DNA from: the human T2T-CHM13v2.0 reference genome, Homo sapiens
NCBI RefSeq assembly: GCF_009914755.1
Contig: NC_060947.1
Strand: one strand, 5' to 3'
DNA: 64,000 nt
The notes beneath the pieces were generated by a model. It did no database searches. It was given only the letters and a program-made list of their open reading frames with translations, and was not told the DNA's origin. A program made the translations under genes and the position numbers. How positions within the stretch are numbered: the first letter of the stretch is position 1; each line of letters starts with the position of its first letter. Positions 33,060-53,429 of the stretch are shown piece by piece.

Positions 33060-35900
33060 GTCTCATTCTGGTTTTACTTGCATATCCTCAATTACTAATG
33101 CTGTTGAGCATATTTTCATGTGTTCACTTGCTATTCATATGTCTTTTCTGATGAGGTGTCTGTTTAAATTCACTATTTTTATTTGGTTATTCAATAATAA
33201 TCTTATTATTGAATTTTGAGAGTTCTTTATATATTTTGGATAAAAGTCCTTCATCACATAGGTGTTTTGCAAGTATTGTCTCCCAATCTGGGTTTTCTTT
33301 TCATGTTATTTTTTGAAAAGAACTTGTTTTCAAGTCCAATTTATTAATTTTTTATGGTCCATGCTTTTTAAATCCTAATAAATCTTTGCCTAGACCAAAA
33401 TCTTAAAGATTTTCTACTTTTTTTTACAAGTTATAATTTTTGGTTTTATATTTAGGTCGCTAACCCATTTTGAGTAATTTTGTATATCTTCTTAGCTGAG
33501 GGGTCAAGAAGAATATTTTGGTGTGTGATGTCCAGTTGTTCCGTACCATTTGTTGAAAAGACCGCCATTTCTTCATTTAATTACCTTTGTCCAAAATCTG
33601 TTGGCTATATTTGATGGTCTCTTTGCATTCTATTGATCTATAGGTCAATCCTATGTCAATAAGAAACTGTCTTAATTACCATAGCCTTGAAATCAGGTAG
33701 TATGAATCTTCTAACTTTTGTATTTTTTTCTCAAAATTTGTCTGGCTGTTCTGGTTCCTTTGCTCTTTCCACATACATTTTGGAATTAGCTTCTCAATTT
33801 CTATGAAAAACCTACTGGGATTTTGATTGAGATTGCAATAATTCTACAGAAATGTTGGGGAGATATAACATCCTAAAAATTAGTATTTCAGTTATTCAGT
33901 CAAAGAACATGGTATATTTCTCTATTTATTTAGGTCTTATTTAATTTATCTCATCAGTGTGTTGAAGTCTTCAGCATTCAAATCTTGTACATAGTTATCC
34001 TCCCTTAGTATTTCCCAGTTTTTGATGATATTACAAATGGTACTCTTTAAAACTTGAAATTCCAAATTTTATTGTGTAGAAATAAAATAAATTATTTTAT
34101 ATTGACTTTGTGTCTGGCATTATTATTAAACTTACTTATTAGGTCTCATAGCTTCATAGCTTTTTTTTGGTAGCTCCATTGGGATTTTCTACATACATCA
34201 TCTTGTCTGTAAATGCAATTTTACTTCTTCCCTTCCAATCCGTACATAATTTATTTATTTTTCAGGCCTTATTGTAATTGGCTGGGATCGCCAATGTAAT
34301 GCTAAATAAAAGTGGTGAAAGCAAACATCCTTGCCTTGTTTCTGATTTTAGGGGAAAAGCATTCTATGTTTTACCATATGATGTTAATCATAGGCTTTTT
34401 ATTTTTTGTTTTTTTGTAGATGTCTTTAATCAGGTTGAGGAAGATCCATTAAACTCTTACTATGCTAAATGTCTTTTATCATTATTTGTGGAATGTTGTT
34501 AATGCTTTTTCTGTAAAAATTGAGATGATTTTTTTTCTCCATTTTAGTCTGTTGATATGGTGAATAATATTGATTGATTGATTTGCAAATGTTGAACCAT
34601 CCATACATTCCCAGGATAAACTCCATTTGGTCATAATGTATTATTCTTTTTCCTTATCATCAGCTTTGATTAATAGCATTTCGTTAAGGACTTCTTTGTC
34701 TATGTTTATGAGAGATATTGATCTGAAGTTTTCTTTATTTGTTATTTTCTAGTTTGGGTATCAGGTTAATGCTGGTATTATAAAATATGTTGAAGAGTTT
34801 TTCCTCCTTTCCTCACATAATTGTCATCTGGCTTGCATAACTTATATTATTTGTGCTTCAGTTGGAGCCTGGAGTGCTACAAGATTTTTTTCAACGATTT
34901 TCCACTCTAAATTTTCAGTAGTCTCTTCATACTTGTGCCACCAGCAGAGAGTCTCTCTTCTTACTCTTGTTCACATGACAGCAGTTGACTGCTGTTATTA
35001 TCAGGTGCTAGGCTCATGGTGAGGTAGGAAGTACTGTCTGTTGTCCTGTCTAGCCACAGCCTTAGCGGGGCTCTATGAACATGAACCTTTAGGGCAAGGC
35101 TTTCTCATCATTCTTTCCTCTCCCCATGGCAGCTAACCTCTGATTTGTATATGTAGTTGGTCTTTGGTCAGATATATTTTCTTGCCTCTTTCTCAGGCTG
35201 CTTTTCATTCATGTAAGAACTGGGTTAGAGAGGGTTCCCTCCAGGGCAGAGGTTTTTCCCTTCTACTTCTCCCTGAGCAGCAATGGATCTCTGCCTTTGT
35301 CCTGGAAATTAGGGGGTTTCCTATCTCTCCCTCCCAGGCAAGTAAGTTTTGCTTCTACCCTTCCACCAGAAGCAAGGGATTTTTGCCTGGGTTCAGGAGA
35401 GGGTTTGCTGCTTCTCCTCTAGTGTCTTAAGGCTTTGCTTCTCATGACAGAAAGGTTCTGTGGGGTTGTATGTCTGTCCCCCAGCAACAGCTGATTACCT
35501 TCTGCATACCAGAACCAGTGACATGGACTCTTTTAGGTCTCCTGCTTTGTCCTGAGTCATTTTTCTGAGCTTCTGGTTAAAGACTGTGAAAAAGAACTTG
35601 GCATTAAGTGTGTACGTGTTGGGGTTCCAGATATTCCAAACTGACAAAGCTAACGCATGCTTTACTTTTAAAAGTTCATTAAAATTTCAGCTTGTATGAC
35701 AGTCACTTCTGTCTCCATGCTTGGACAGAGGTTCATATGTTTTGTCTTTCTTTAAAGGGGCTGATTACCCTTTGGAATTCACTTTAACTCAGTTCCCTGA
35801 TAGGCTCAAGGAAAGTTATGATTTCATATGTTATCTAGAGATTTATCATTATTAAGTTATGAATGACATTCTCTTACAGCTTTTTATATCCTAAGTGGAA
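33060..35900 (-). mobile_element. Old L1M ORF2 and probable 5' end remnants
   Basis: Degenerate L1 motifs (aaagtggtgaaagcaaacatccttgccttgtttctga, tgggattttgattgagattgca); the part beyond about 34.8 kb is less certain. Confidence 0.65.
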
Positions 35901-37030
35901 GTGTAACTGGTGCTTTTGAAAAAATATACGTATGGGTCTTATTTGGGGAATTTTTGTTATTAAGTATGCTTTAGGAAGAAGCAGATGCTTTCTAAGGCAT
36001 ACTTGCAAAGACTTGCTTTTTATATAATGGTTATTACTACATTTTTTCATTTAAATTTTTATTATTTGAATTGCTATACATTAAAATCATACTTTAAAGT
36101 ATAATACACTATACTTGACCATTTTTTGTATACGGTTCTCTGGATTTTAACATATATAAAGATTCATATAACCACCACCACAGTCAGAAAAGTTTCATCA
36201 CCCTCACAACTTCCTTGGTTTGTCCTTTTATAGCCACACCCTTCCCCACCTGTAACACCTGGCAACACTGATCTTTTCACCACAGCTATACTTTTGTCTT
36301 TTTGAAAATGTCATATAAATGAAATCACAAGGTATTGTAAACACACCCTAGATGACCCACCCCTTATATAATCCCCATGGTAAGAAAACACTTTTGGCTT
36401 CTATCATCATTGTCATTATTAATAATAATACTAATGTTGTTATACAGAGTGAGTTGGTTATGGCCCTCTCTTCCAGGAAATAACCATCTAATTATTAAAT
36501 AAGATCATATGTCAAGTGCTTGAGAACATTGCCTGGCACATAGAAAACTTGTGTAGGTATTAGATATTATTATATCTGTAATGTTATCTATCTTTATCAT
36601 AAAAATATTAATATTGCAGTATTAGCATTTGCTATTATTAGTTATCCTTTTTGTCCACCTCCTTCTACAAATTGGTGAAATAGAAAATATTGTTCATGGA
36701 ATTAATCTTTTCCTTTGCATTTCATTTTGAAAATGGTGCCATAGTATAGCATTTCCTGATTTATGTGCAATCTAGAAAATATCCAAAATAAAGCAAAAAA
36801 AATTTTAACATAATTATCATACTCTGTGGGCATTTGTTTTTTTCCAAACATGTGAAATGAAGGCAGAATGAAAAATACTGCATTATAAAATATATAATAA
36901 AATAAATCTCTTCATTTAAATAAAGCCATATATATATTGGCCTGATAATCCTCTTTAGATTATGTATTAATACCTTGAAAGCATTGAAAGGATTAATTGT
37001 ATAATAAGAATTTTGTTATTTTCATTGTAA

Positions 37031-37336
<306 letters not shown>

Positions 37337-37939
37337 TTTTCATTGTAATTTGTATAAGATCAACTATTTTGTTCTAGTACTAGAAAAAAAGACTGGAAAA
37401 CAGAGAGGCTTTGGTAAGATAGAAGTTTAATGTTCCACTAACTTAAAGAGATTGGAATGAGGTGATCCCCATTATTGAGTGGTTTAGGGTCACACGTCCC
37501 TAGTGAGTTGCATCCTTTTCCGAAGTCACTTTGTGGTCCAGAAAGGCTGCCTGAACTCTCTATCATGATCAAATTCTGGAAAGCAAGAGAAAGGGGGAAA
37601 GTGGAAAAAAAAAGCCCAAGCTGGTTATTTATCCCCCTTTAGAGATGCCTTCTCTAGAATCTTCACAGCAATTTCTGCTTGCATTCTTTGGCAAGAAATT
37701 CCATCACATGACCATGGCTTGCAGTGAGGGAGTCTGGGAAAGACAATATTTTAGGAGATTAAACTGCCACCTTCAATACAACTGGTGTTCTGCTAATGAG
37801 GAAGAATGCAAAGAGTGGATCTTGGGTGAGCAACTAGAAGTTTCTGTCTCATTCATTACAAATATGATATACGATTGTAAAAAAAAATTAAACCAGTAAC
37901 AGAAGTCTATAAAAGATTGTAAGGGAAAATTTCCTGTGA

Positions 37940-38370
37940 CAGAGAGAACGCTACATGTTTGTCAACCTCTGTCTCATTTTTCTCCTGGGGTCACAGGGAG
38001 ATTACATTACCCAGCCTCTATGCCAGTTGGGGATCCATGCCTAAATTCTGGTTAGTGGACTGTTAACTAGCAGTGATGTTTGCCAGACCTGACCACTAAA
38101 ACCTTCCATATGGCTCTCCATCCTCCCTCTTGTTTAGGCTGTTAGCTAGATGCAAAGAATGTAATGAAGGTCTTTAAGACCCAAGTAGATGGTAGAGCCA
38201 CAGGATGGAAGAAGATTGGGTCTCTTAATGACTGCTTAGAACAGAGAAACTTGCCCCTATTTGGCCACGTGATGCCTTACGTTGAACCTTGACATCAGCA
38301 AAATAAACTTTTGGGGGATTGAACCTCTGAGATTTAGGGGTTGTTTATAGCACACAGCATTATATACTCT
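37940..38370 (+). mobile_element. Probable MLT1-type LTR relic
   Basis: gatggtagagccacaggatggaagaag...aataaacttt...ctctgagatttagggggttgtttatagca. Confidence 0.5.
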
Positions 38371-38747
38371 AATTATTAGAGTCCCCAGTAATACACCAGC
38401 CTAGAGATGGCTTTCATTGATTTATTGGTATTTTTATTTTAATATTAATGCTTATATAAAGGTGAATGTTAAAATTGTAATTATATATATATGAGTAATA
38501 CTACATATTATATGATACAGAAGCCAAATAAAATACTTTATTCCCCAAATCATCACTAGTGATAATTACAATTGACTTTCTGAGTTAAATCAGAAATCTA
38601 TACTTAAATTTAACATAGAATTTTGATGAACAGAATGTACAAAGTATATTTCGGACCTGTAAATAAAGACATAAATTTTTAAAAATTAATTCCCCTCACA
38701 TTGAATCACCCAAGTGAAAACAACAAAACATAAGAAACAGAATTGCC

Positions 38748-39196
<449 letters not shown>

Positions 39197-39639
39197 TTAG
39201 AGAAGAACTGAATAAAAGTAGAGACGTACCATGTCCTGGAAACAGAAAGAAAAACAAAAGAATTATAAAGAAATAAAGTCTCCCTCAAATAATGTACAGT
39301 TTTTGTGTAATCCAAATCAATATCCTTAGCGGTCTATTTTAATGGACTTGACCAGCTGGGTTTAAAATTCACCTATGGGGTTAAGATGCCAGAGATGGCA
39401 AGAAAAAAATATGTAAGGAATATTAGTAACTGTGTTTTGATTGAAATATGATAAAGTGATTTGCTACCTCTTTTCTTCAAGAAATCACACACCCTAAGGT
39501 TTTGAATAGAAATTAAGCACACTTGTTGACATTTCACTTAAAAGTTTTTTAAAAAGGAACATTACTGCAGTTCAACACTTCAGCGGTTTCTCTTGGCAAT
39601 TCCCCCTCCCCTGATCCAGGCAGGGGCTTTCTGTTCTTC

Positions 39640-39750
39640 ATACAGCCAGGGGGCGGACCCTCCTCTGAGCCTCTAGGAAAGGACTGTGCCTGGCCAGTCT
39701 TGGGGGAGGAGCTGCATTTCACCAGGCTGCAGCTGACAAGAAGCTTCAAG
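39640..39750 (+). promoter_or_regulatory. GC-box promoter and exon-1 paralog (copy 3)
   Basis: gggggcgga at 39649; ggctgcagctgacaagaagcttcaag|gtaatggctgtct identical to copy 2; donor at 39751. Confidence 0.55.
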
Positions 39751-41965
39751 GTAATGGCTGTCTCAAAGCTACTTATTTTCTAGTGACTTCTCAGGTTCTT
39801 AGAGTAAAGATAGGAAAAATAGGGATGGCAGTCTTGCAGTGGTGGGAAAGGTGTGTGGTTTTGAGAATTGCTGGCATTTTGAAGGAGTTAATCCTCTGGA
39901 ATTTTTGTATCTTCCAATGCTTTAGAAGTCCACAGTGGGAGAAGGGGTGATCAGATTACAGCCTCTAAATTAAGGCTTCAGTGCAGCATGACTGTTCCTG
40001 CTAATTTATTGAGTTGGCATCCCCTGTTTATATTGTTAGACACTCCGTTATTGTTTGAATATTTAGGCATTTATTAATTTGCACAGAAAAATAACTTAGA
40101 AGTATTTGACAGTATGGGGGGAAATACACCTATAAGTTGATTGATACATAAAAAGACTGTATGTGTCACATGTACATGAGCATGGAAAAGGGATCAAATA
40201 TGTAGTTGAGTGAAGATACTTGCACATAATATATGCATGTATATATGTGATTTTTAAAATCTGGAGGAAAATAATCTCTCATGTTAACAGCATTTCTATG
40301 TGGCCAGGTCACCATTTTAATATTATTTTTTAAACTATTTCAGCATCTTTAGAGTAGATTACTCAGTGATTATTTTTATAATCATGAAATAAAAAGGAAG
40401 CTGAAACAGCATACCCATTTTGTTTCAAATACATAAACACACATAGACACACAAAGACATGCTCCCATATCCCCCCTGTCTTCTGCCAATAGTGGAAATT
40501 TTCCTGGACTTGATCAAGTGGGTAGCATAGTTGCCGTGTCAACTACAGGCCTGCATGTGTCCTCCCTGCAGTTTATTCTTTCAGATCACAGATACCAGCA
40601 TGGTCAGGAAGAGCCATGTTTCTGTATCATCTAAGTTTAAGAGTGAGAAACAGAGGATTTGGTTTATTTCTATACGCAGTTTTCAAAATATTATATGGCA
40701 TGGTACATCTGTACAATGAAATACTATGCATTTGGCAAATGCCTGAGAAACAGTATAAGGTGAAAAAAATTATATAATAGAACATACTATATGTTCTCAC
40801 TTAAGAATAAATATGTATGTTAGTATACCTATGTATGTTACTACATACAAATCAGGAAAAACATATCTATGAAAGTTTTAACAGGATTACTTGCATAGTT
40901 GTAGAGACAGGGATAGCTTTACCATTTTCTACTTTTTAAAATTATTAATATATATTTATCTGGGGTTTGTTACATCTTCGGGGAAATATTGAGATAAATG
41001 CTACAGGCTTGGGGGAAAACCTCATTTAAAGTAATTTATATCAAATTATGTGGAAAATATTTAGGTGAATGATGTTCAAGCTATGCTCTTGAGTGGAATC
41101 TGAAGCTGGTTTCAAATTTTCAAATGAGATACATTTATCTTTATATGTAAAAAAACTTCTAGAAATACATATAGTAAATATTGATAGTGGTTATTTGTCT
41201 AGAGTTGTACTTTATTTTACATATACCTTTTTGCATCTTCTCAATTTTTAATAAGCTTCTGGATGTTTTCATAATCAGAAACACTGTAGTTGAAGACATT
41301 ATGATCTGGTTAGAATCCCACACAACAAAACCTTTAAATTTAACATAGAAAATTCTAGAAGCCTGAGAAGACTCCTGGCTAGCTGTATGTAGTCCTTATG
41401 GAATAAGGATGGAAACTACATCTGATAGTGAGTGAAGTCCCCTTCAACTCATGAGCAGTTCTGGTTGTCATCATAAGAGGGCACTAGACAGATTTTCTAA
41501 ATTTTTTCCAGCCAACCATTGTTATGAAGTAGACAAACAAAGCAATGAATCTATTTTGTATTAGTAAACTATGAGACAGCATGTAATTGCAATTCCATTG
41601 AAAAAAAATTGTATGTGTAAAGAAGAAAAATTCCACATGATAACTGATGTGAGCATTCAAACAAAATCTACATTCTGACTCATAGTATACACAAGACAAT
41701 TGTTACTTCTTTTTTGCCTATCTCCACTCCACCATACTTTTTTTCAGAGATGATTTCAACATAAACAAAATAGCATAAATTTATCCCAGAGAGCATTTCA
41801 AATTATAAAAATAAGAAGGAAAATAAACATGGCATCTACATCACGGATGAAATTTTGCCTCATTCCTATGTTTTAGAATGACATGCCTGTTAAAGTTTAG
41901 GTAGGGAAAATTCTTGACACTTTTCCCATTTCGTTGGTTTTATTCCCTGCCTTCCTTTTGAACAG

Positions 41966-42151
41966 CATAGGTTAATATCAGAGAAGCACATGACCTGGGC
42001 AATCTGCATGTGATGCCAACCAAGCCTTGGAAAGACAGTGCAACCACAGAAGTGCCGAGCTGGGTAAAGGCCCTGCTGGACAAGCAGTTGGAGTGAGAAT
42101 CAAGACAGCCGGACCACAGGACCAGACCCACCAGGATCCACATGACAGTGG
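41966..42151 (+). other. PWWP3B: Predicted non-coding exon (exon-2 paralog, copy 3)
   Basis: Acceptor cttccttttgaacAG (41964-41965; alternative AGs end at 41970 and 41981); donor GTAAGA at 42152. Confidence 0.6.
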
Positions 42152-42672
42152 GTAAGACTCTTCCCATTTCATAAAACATTTCACGGTAGAAACATGTTGA
42201 GAACTTGGAGAATAATGTATTTTGCCTCCTGCTCTATAGCCATCCTAGCATTTTAAATTAAAAGCCATATTTCATGTTAGAATCATGTTAGGTTGATGAT
42301 TTGGGGTACAATTCATTTTGCCCCCTGTTCTGCAGCCATGACACTTTATAATTAAAAGTCGTAACTTCTAGTTTGGAGAAGAATCTCACTTTTTAAACGA
42401 TTATAAAGAAATCATGCAAGAGGCTATTCAGGTGTCTCCCTGAGGTTCAGGCCAATGGCCTGACTCTCCAATCCTTTATAATGATCCTATCCAAGAAGTT
42501 GTCATAGCAGTAATTCTGAATCTCTGCCTTCTAAAATTATGCTTTTAGAAGAGTCATTGTATTTTTGTTTGGGTCCAGGAGATACAGACCCTATTGTCTT
42601 TGTCTGCCTGCTCCAGGTGAACAGTGGAGCACTTGCAGCTTAAAAAATACAAAGCTGTGTTTTCAACTAGAA

Positions 42673-42848
42673 CATTGCTCCTCAAAGAGTTCTTTTTAAA
42701 CATGTAGCATTAGAGGCACTTGAGAACTTTTTAGAAATACAAACTTTTGAGCACAAGCCAAACCTTCTGAATAAAACTCTCATGATGGGGCCTAGAAATA
42801 TAAGTCCTTCAGATGATTCTGACACATGTTAAGTTTGGAGACCCACTG
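42673..42848. mobile_element. MER5A-like hAT MITE
   Basis: cattgctcctcaaag...gatgattctgacacatgttaagtttggagacccactg; absent at the equivalent site of copy 2. Confidence 0.6.
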
Positions 42849-43162
42849 CTATAAGTATGACATTAGGGACACAAAAGTACCAAAGTATGTAATTACATAG
42901 AGTTCCTGACATCCCATCACAAGCTCTCCCGCCTCTGCTGCCATGTACATACATTCACTCCTTAGTAAGCATGTTCAATAATGAGGGCAAGTTCTTCAAT
43001 CTGAGGTATTATAAAACAACTTTTCTGGTTTTTTTCCACCCCTCCCCCCCGCAATCTTATATTATGCTGCCTCCTCTGTCTCATGCCCCACTGCACATTG
43101 TTCTTTTATCCCTTCTCCATTTGTAATTGCTCACCTCCCGTTTTGGCGAAATAATCGTATTT

Positions 43163-43199
43163 GCTGATACTTTTCTTCTTTTCCTTTTCCCTGTTTCAG
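43163..43199 (+). promoter_or_regulatory. PWWP3B: Splice acceptor of the terminal coding exon
   Basis: Branch-like gctgat, long polypyrimidine tract, tttcAG at 43198-43199; no ATG between 43200 and the CDS start. Confidence 0.75.
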
Positions 43200-43407
43200 T
43201 ATCTTCCGGTATCATCCTATTCAAACAACGTGTTCAAGCATCCTTGGAAAATTGAGGTGGAGAACAGGCCACACAAGCTGTAAACCCTTTGTAGTCATAA
43301 GACGAAAGAGGATTTGTTAAGAGTATTGTTTTGGGTAGAACTTGCATTAGCAGTGACAAAGATAGCCACCTCAACCTTTGGTAATAACCCTTGGCACACA
43401 AATATAA

Positions 43408-45504
<2,097 letters not shown>

Positions 45505-45756
45505 ATGTGCTGAAAGTTGAAACCATGACAGGGAGCTCTCATAGATACTAGTTGAAAAAAGTCTCTGAACAATTCTCTCTAATACATATTTTCTGCAAAT
45601 GGGAGCATGGATAATGTGTTCACTTTTTTTTGAGATCTCTAGGATCTGTGGTTATAATTACATCTTTATTTCCTTTTCTTGCGCTTCTTCAAAGTTAATT
45701 TTGTCAACATATTTCAGCAGTTCTACTTTCCCGTACATTTTTTAGAAAGCATAATT

Positions 45757-46830
45757 CCTAAATGATTTTGAAGGGAAAGTACTATTTTGTTTTATGACAC
45801 TTTTGAGTCTATGCTGTATTGTTAAATATATTGTGCACAATTATTTTAATGTTAAAATTGCACTGGTGTTAGATATTAACGAAGATGATTGGAAAAAAGT
45901 CTGAAAGATACATCATTTCTATATTCCTTGCTTAATTTTTATAAAATATTGGGTTTTCCCTTAAGATAGTTGAAGTATTTTTCTTGCCATGCCTATTTAT
46001 TTTTGCAAAAAAATTATCTGCTATATAGAACCAAAGATAGATTCGCTTTGCTATATATTATAACTATACTTGCTTTTGCAATAAAACAACTTGTAATTCA
46101 AAAATGAAGATTATCTGCATATAGTATTTATGTGTGTGAATAACATCTTGGCATGCAGAAAATAATTTTGGCTGCTTTGAACAGGATTGTTCATTCTACA
46201 CTTCCCTGAAATTCCATTTTTGGGAGTGTCTATCCTTCAATGGCTGAATAGTTCCTTAAATCAGACAAGCTCCTGGCTATCTTCATAACCAGCAGTGAGT
46301 AGATCTTCTTAATATAGCTGTCTGACCACATGTGGAAGGCAGCTAGACTTATTGTATTTACAGCCTGGCCACTCTAGACATATGAATCCAGGCTGACTGC
46401 TTAAGTGCCCATCTCGTTTGATATAAACTGTAGAAAAGGCAAGCACTTTGTTCTGAGTCTTTTATCTCCAAATACATAGTTGTCTCAAACCAAGCAAGCT
46501 TTATCAAAATGGCTTATTTGCAGAATAGTTCCAATGATATAAATGCCAACTGGCAAGTCATTCCAAACTGCTTGAAGGAGTAGATGAACCAGAATCTGAG
46601 AATTTGGAAATAGGTCACAGAAAAAGCCTCCATTTGGCTAAATATGACAATTATCTGAGTATGGTTAAATACATACAATTAAATGTCTGAAGCCAATGAG
46701 TTGTTTATTCTAACTTGAAATATATTTTTGTGAGAATAAATGTTAGAAAAGTTAGTTTATTTTGGAAACCTGCCGTGAAAGGAAATTCTAAAGGCTTAAC
46801 ATGAAACTGTCTGCATTTCTACCTGTTAGA
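45757..46830 (+). repeat. 3' UTR segment duplicated at 53828-54880
   Basis: Shared blocks such as cctgaaattccatttttgggagt, aagtcattccaaactgct and tttttgtgagaataaatgttagaaa. Confidence 0.88.
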
Positions 46831-46915
46831 CAATGGTTGCTCTTGGGCTCTTGTTATACAGTCATATGGCTACACGTTTATGTAAAGTTTGCAAAAGTTT
46901 GGTGTTTTGATTTAT

Positions 46916-46921
46916 AATAAA
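46916..46921 (+). terminator. PWWP3B: Probable polyadenylation signal (other AATAAA at about 46079 and 46735)
   Basis: AATAAA followed by T-rich sequence. Confidence 0.6.
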
Positions 46922-47005
46922 ACTGTTATATTATTCACCTTGGATTTTTACTTCATCCTACTTGAAATTGTGCAGCTACATAAGTGGTGTTTCTCCAAAT
47001 TTAAT

Positions 47006-47030
47006 ACACACACACACACACACACACACA
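47006..47030. repeat. (CA)n microsatellite
   Basis: Seen directly. Confidence 0.9.
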
Positions 47031-47358
47031 ATGTATATATATGATTTGTTTGGAATTTTTGGTTCTTGTAGTTACCATCATTTTAACACCTGCTATAAGT
47101 TGTCATTCTAAATAAGTATTCCCTTTCATGTTGATTTTGTATTACTTTAATAGAAAGCCTACCGAATTTTATAAGCTGCATGTCCCACAAAACCTTCTTT
47201 GGACCCTGACTAAAAAAGACCAAGACTTCTTGGACATACAGCCTCTATCAATCCACATACCTTCCCCATTGCCCTAAGAAGTAATTTACAACAAACCATC
47301 ATCACACTGTATGTGGATTTTATACCCTCGATAAAACACACTTTATTTGCTCTATAAT

Positions 47359-49652
47359 TAGTCCATTTTCACACTGCTGATAAAGACATACCAGAGACTG
47401 GGCATTTTACAAAAGAAAGAGGTTTAACGGACTTATAGTTCCACATGGCTGGGTGGGGCCTCACAATCATGGCCGAAGGCAAGGAGGAGCAAGTCACATC
47501 TTCTTACATGGATGGCAGCAGGCAAAGAGAGAGAGAACTCATGCAGGGGAGTTCCTCTTTATAAAACAATCAGAATTCATGAGACTTATTCACTATCACA
47601 AGAACAGCATGGGAAAGACATACCCCCATGATTCAATTATTTGCCACTGGGTCCCTCCCATAACGTGGGAATTCAAGATGAGATTTGGGTTTGGACAAAG
47701 CCAATCCATATCATTCCACCCCTGGCCCATCCCAAATCTCATGTCCTCACATTTCAAAACCAATCTTGCCTTCCCAACAGTCCTCCAAAGTCTTAAATCA
47801 TTTCAGCATTAACTCAAAAGTCCACAGTCCAGTGTCTCATCTGAGACAAGGCAAGTCCCTTCTGCATATGAGCCTGTAAAATCAAAAGCAAGTTAGTTAC
47901 TTCCTAGATACAATGAGGGTATAGGCATTGAGTAAATACAGCCATCCCAAATGGGAGAATTTGGCCAAAACAAAGGGGCTATAAGCCCCATGCAAGTCTG
48001 AAATCCATCAGGGCAGTCAAATCTTAAATCTCCAAAATGATTTCCTTTGACTCCATGCCTCATATCCAGGTCACACTGATGCAAGAGGTTTGTTCCCATG
48101 GTTTGGGCAGCTTCGCTTCTGTGGCTTTGCAGGGTATAACCTCCCTCCTGGCAGTTTTTATGGGCTGGCATTGAGGGTCTGCGGCTTTTCCAGGTGCATG
48201 ATGCAAGCTGTTGGTGGATCTACCATTCTGGGGTCTGGAGGACAGTGGCCCTCTTCTCACAGCTCTACTAGGTGGTGCCCCAGTAGGGACTCTGTGTTGG
48301 GGCTCCGACCCCATATTTCTCTTCTACACTGTCCTAGCAGAAGTTCTTCATGAGAGCCCCACCCCTGCAGCAAACTTGTGCCTGGGCATCCAGGCATTTC
48401 CATACATCCTCTGAAATCTAGGCAATGGTTCCCAAACCCCAATTCTTGACTTCTGTGCACTGGCATGCCCAACACCACATGGAAGCTGCCAAGGCATGAG
48501 GTTTGCACCTTCTCAAGCCATGGCCCAAGTGCTACATTGACCCCCTTCAGCAATAGCTGGAGTGGCTTGCACGCAGGGCACCAGCACTGCACACCTCATG
48601 GGGATCCTGGGCTGCACACAGCACGGAGACCCTGGGCCTGGCCCCTGAAACCACTTTTTTCTCCTAAGCCTTTGAGCCTGTGATGGGAGGGGCTGCTGTG
48701 AAGACCTCTGACATGTCCTGGAGACATTGTCCCCATTGTCTTGGGGATTAACATTCTGCTCCTCGTTACGCAAATTTCTGCAGCTGTCTTGGATTTCTCC
48801 TCAGAAAATGGAATTTTTTTTTCTATCGCATTGTCTGGCTGCAAATTTTATGAATTTTTGTGCTCTGCTTCCCTTATGAAACTGAATGCCTTCAACAGCA
48901 CCCAAGTCACCTCTTGAATGCTTTGCTGGTTAGAAATTTCTTCCACCAGATACCCTAAATCATCCCTCTCAAGTTCAAGATTCCACAAATCTCTAGGGCA
49001 GGAGCAAATTGCCACCAGTCTCTTTGCTAAAACATAACAAGAGTCACCTTTGCTCCAGTTCCAAACAAGTTTCTTATCTCCATCTGAGACCACAGCCTGG
49101 ATTTCATTGTTTATATCATTATCAGCATTTTGGTCAAAGCCATTCAACAAGTCTAGGGAGTTTCAAAGTTTTCCACATTTTCCTGTCTTCTTATGAGCCC
49201 TCCAAACTGTTCCAACATATGCCTGTTACCCAGTTCCAAAGTTGCTTCCACATTTTCAGGTATCTACAGCAGCACCCCACTCTACTGGTGCCAATTTACT
49301 GTATTAGTCTGTTTTCACACTGCTGATAAAGACATACCAGAGACTGGGCAATTTACAAAAGAAAGAAGTTTAATGGACTTCCTGTTCCACATGGCTGTGG
49401 GGGACCTCACAATCATGGCAGAAGGCAAAGAGGAGCAAGTCACATCTTACATGGATGGCAGCAGGCAAAGAGAGAACTCTTTGCTGGGGAGTTTCTCTTT
49501 ATAAAATGATCAGATCTCATGAGACTTCACTATCACAAGAACAACATGGAAAAGACGTCCCCCCATGATTCAGTTATCTCCCACTGGGTCCCTCCCACAA
49601 CACATGGGAATTAAAAATGAGATTTGGGTGGGGACACAGCCAAACCATATCA
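47359..49652 (-). mobile_element. Complete THE1 MaLR element (LTR-internal-LTR)
   Basis: LTRs about 47359-47713 and 49300-49652, ending ...ccatatca (reverse complement of the THE1 start TGATATGG); about 1.6-kb internal region; ataat on both flanks. Confidence 0.92.
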
Positions 49653-50425
49653 ATAATATTGTGTCCCTCTGATTCCAATATAATACCCACCTTTAGTTCT
49701 CTCAGTGGAGCTATCTCTGTCTCCTGGTTCTAATATTTTCATTATTACCTTATTCATTCATTCATAGCATTGTGAGTCAGGAGAGCAAGTGATCTGTAGC
49801 TAAAGCTCTGCTCTGAGGGTAGATTTCAGGCTCCAAAGAAAGGAGATGTTACTTCTGTGATCCAGATGAAAATCTAATTTCTAAGATGAGTAGGATGCAC
49901 TACATCATCATAGTGAGAAATATTGATTAACTTTTTGCACAGACTGCCTGTACTTGAAAACCAGAGCCCAAGTTTCCTCATATTTGGGAATTCCCAAGTG
50001 TCTGTTTGGTTTGTAGTAAAGATTGGACACCTGATCCCTCTTAAGATGTCATTTATCTTGAGGCATAGTGAAGTAAGGGAGGAATGCCTCAAACATGCAT
50101 CCATTCTCCTCTTTGAATGAATCATTGAATGGCATTTGAGATGTGAAAATGGATGAATTTGGCTTCCAACACATTGTGGACTCAGATCCCTTGCAGCCTG
50201 AGTAGCTGTTAAGGCAACTCTAAGATTGCCCTAAGCTGGATCCCTAATGTAGGTTTGTGTGTCTGATCGGAGAGCCTGACTTGTTATCCACCCTAACCCA
50301 CTGGGTTAAGGAAACCCTCATCTTTTCTAGTCATAAGGCAGACTTCTGAATATCAGGCCCAGATTCTAATCTGGCCCAGGTCTACAGAGCTGCAAGAACA
50401 CCACATACATAATGCTTACAGATTT

Positions 50426-50456
50426 AGATAGATCGATCGATAGATAGATGATAGAT

Positions 50457-50504
<48 letters not shown>

Positions 50505-50535
50505 TAGATAGATACATACATACATACATACACAC
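50426..50535. repeat. (GATA)n/(TACA)n compound microsatellite
   Basis: Seen directly. Confidence 0.92.
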
Positions 50536-50599
50536 ATAGAAATAGAGATATCCTGATAAGGAAAGAATAAAACCATGAGTCTGGTAATAGCCAAGTGTA

Positions 50600-53301
<2,702 letters not shown>

Positions 53302-53429
53302 AACAACAATAATGATGCATATATTTTAGAAAATATAACTAGGTACCACAGTATAGTAACATCATAAAACATTTTAAACATTCATAAATGAAAGCTGTTA
53401 AAAGTTAATAAGTTTTCCATTTCTGGATA

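Noticed and set aside
47453-49504. Dense cluster of short ORFs
   Set aside because: All lie within the GC-richer THE1 element
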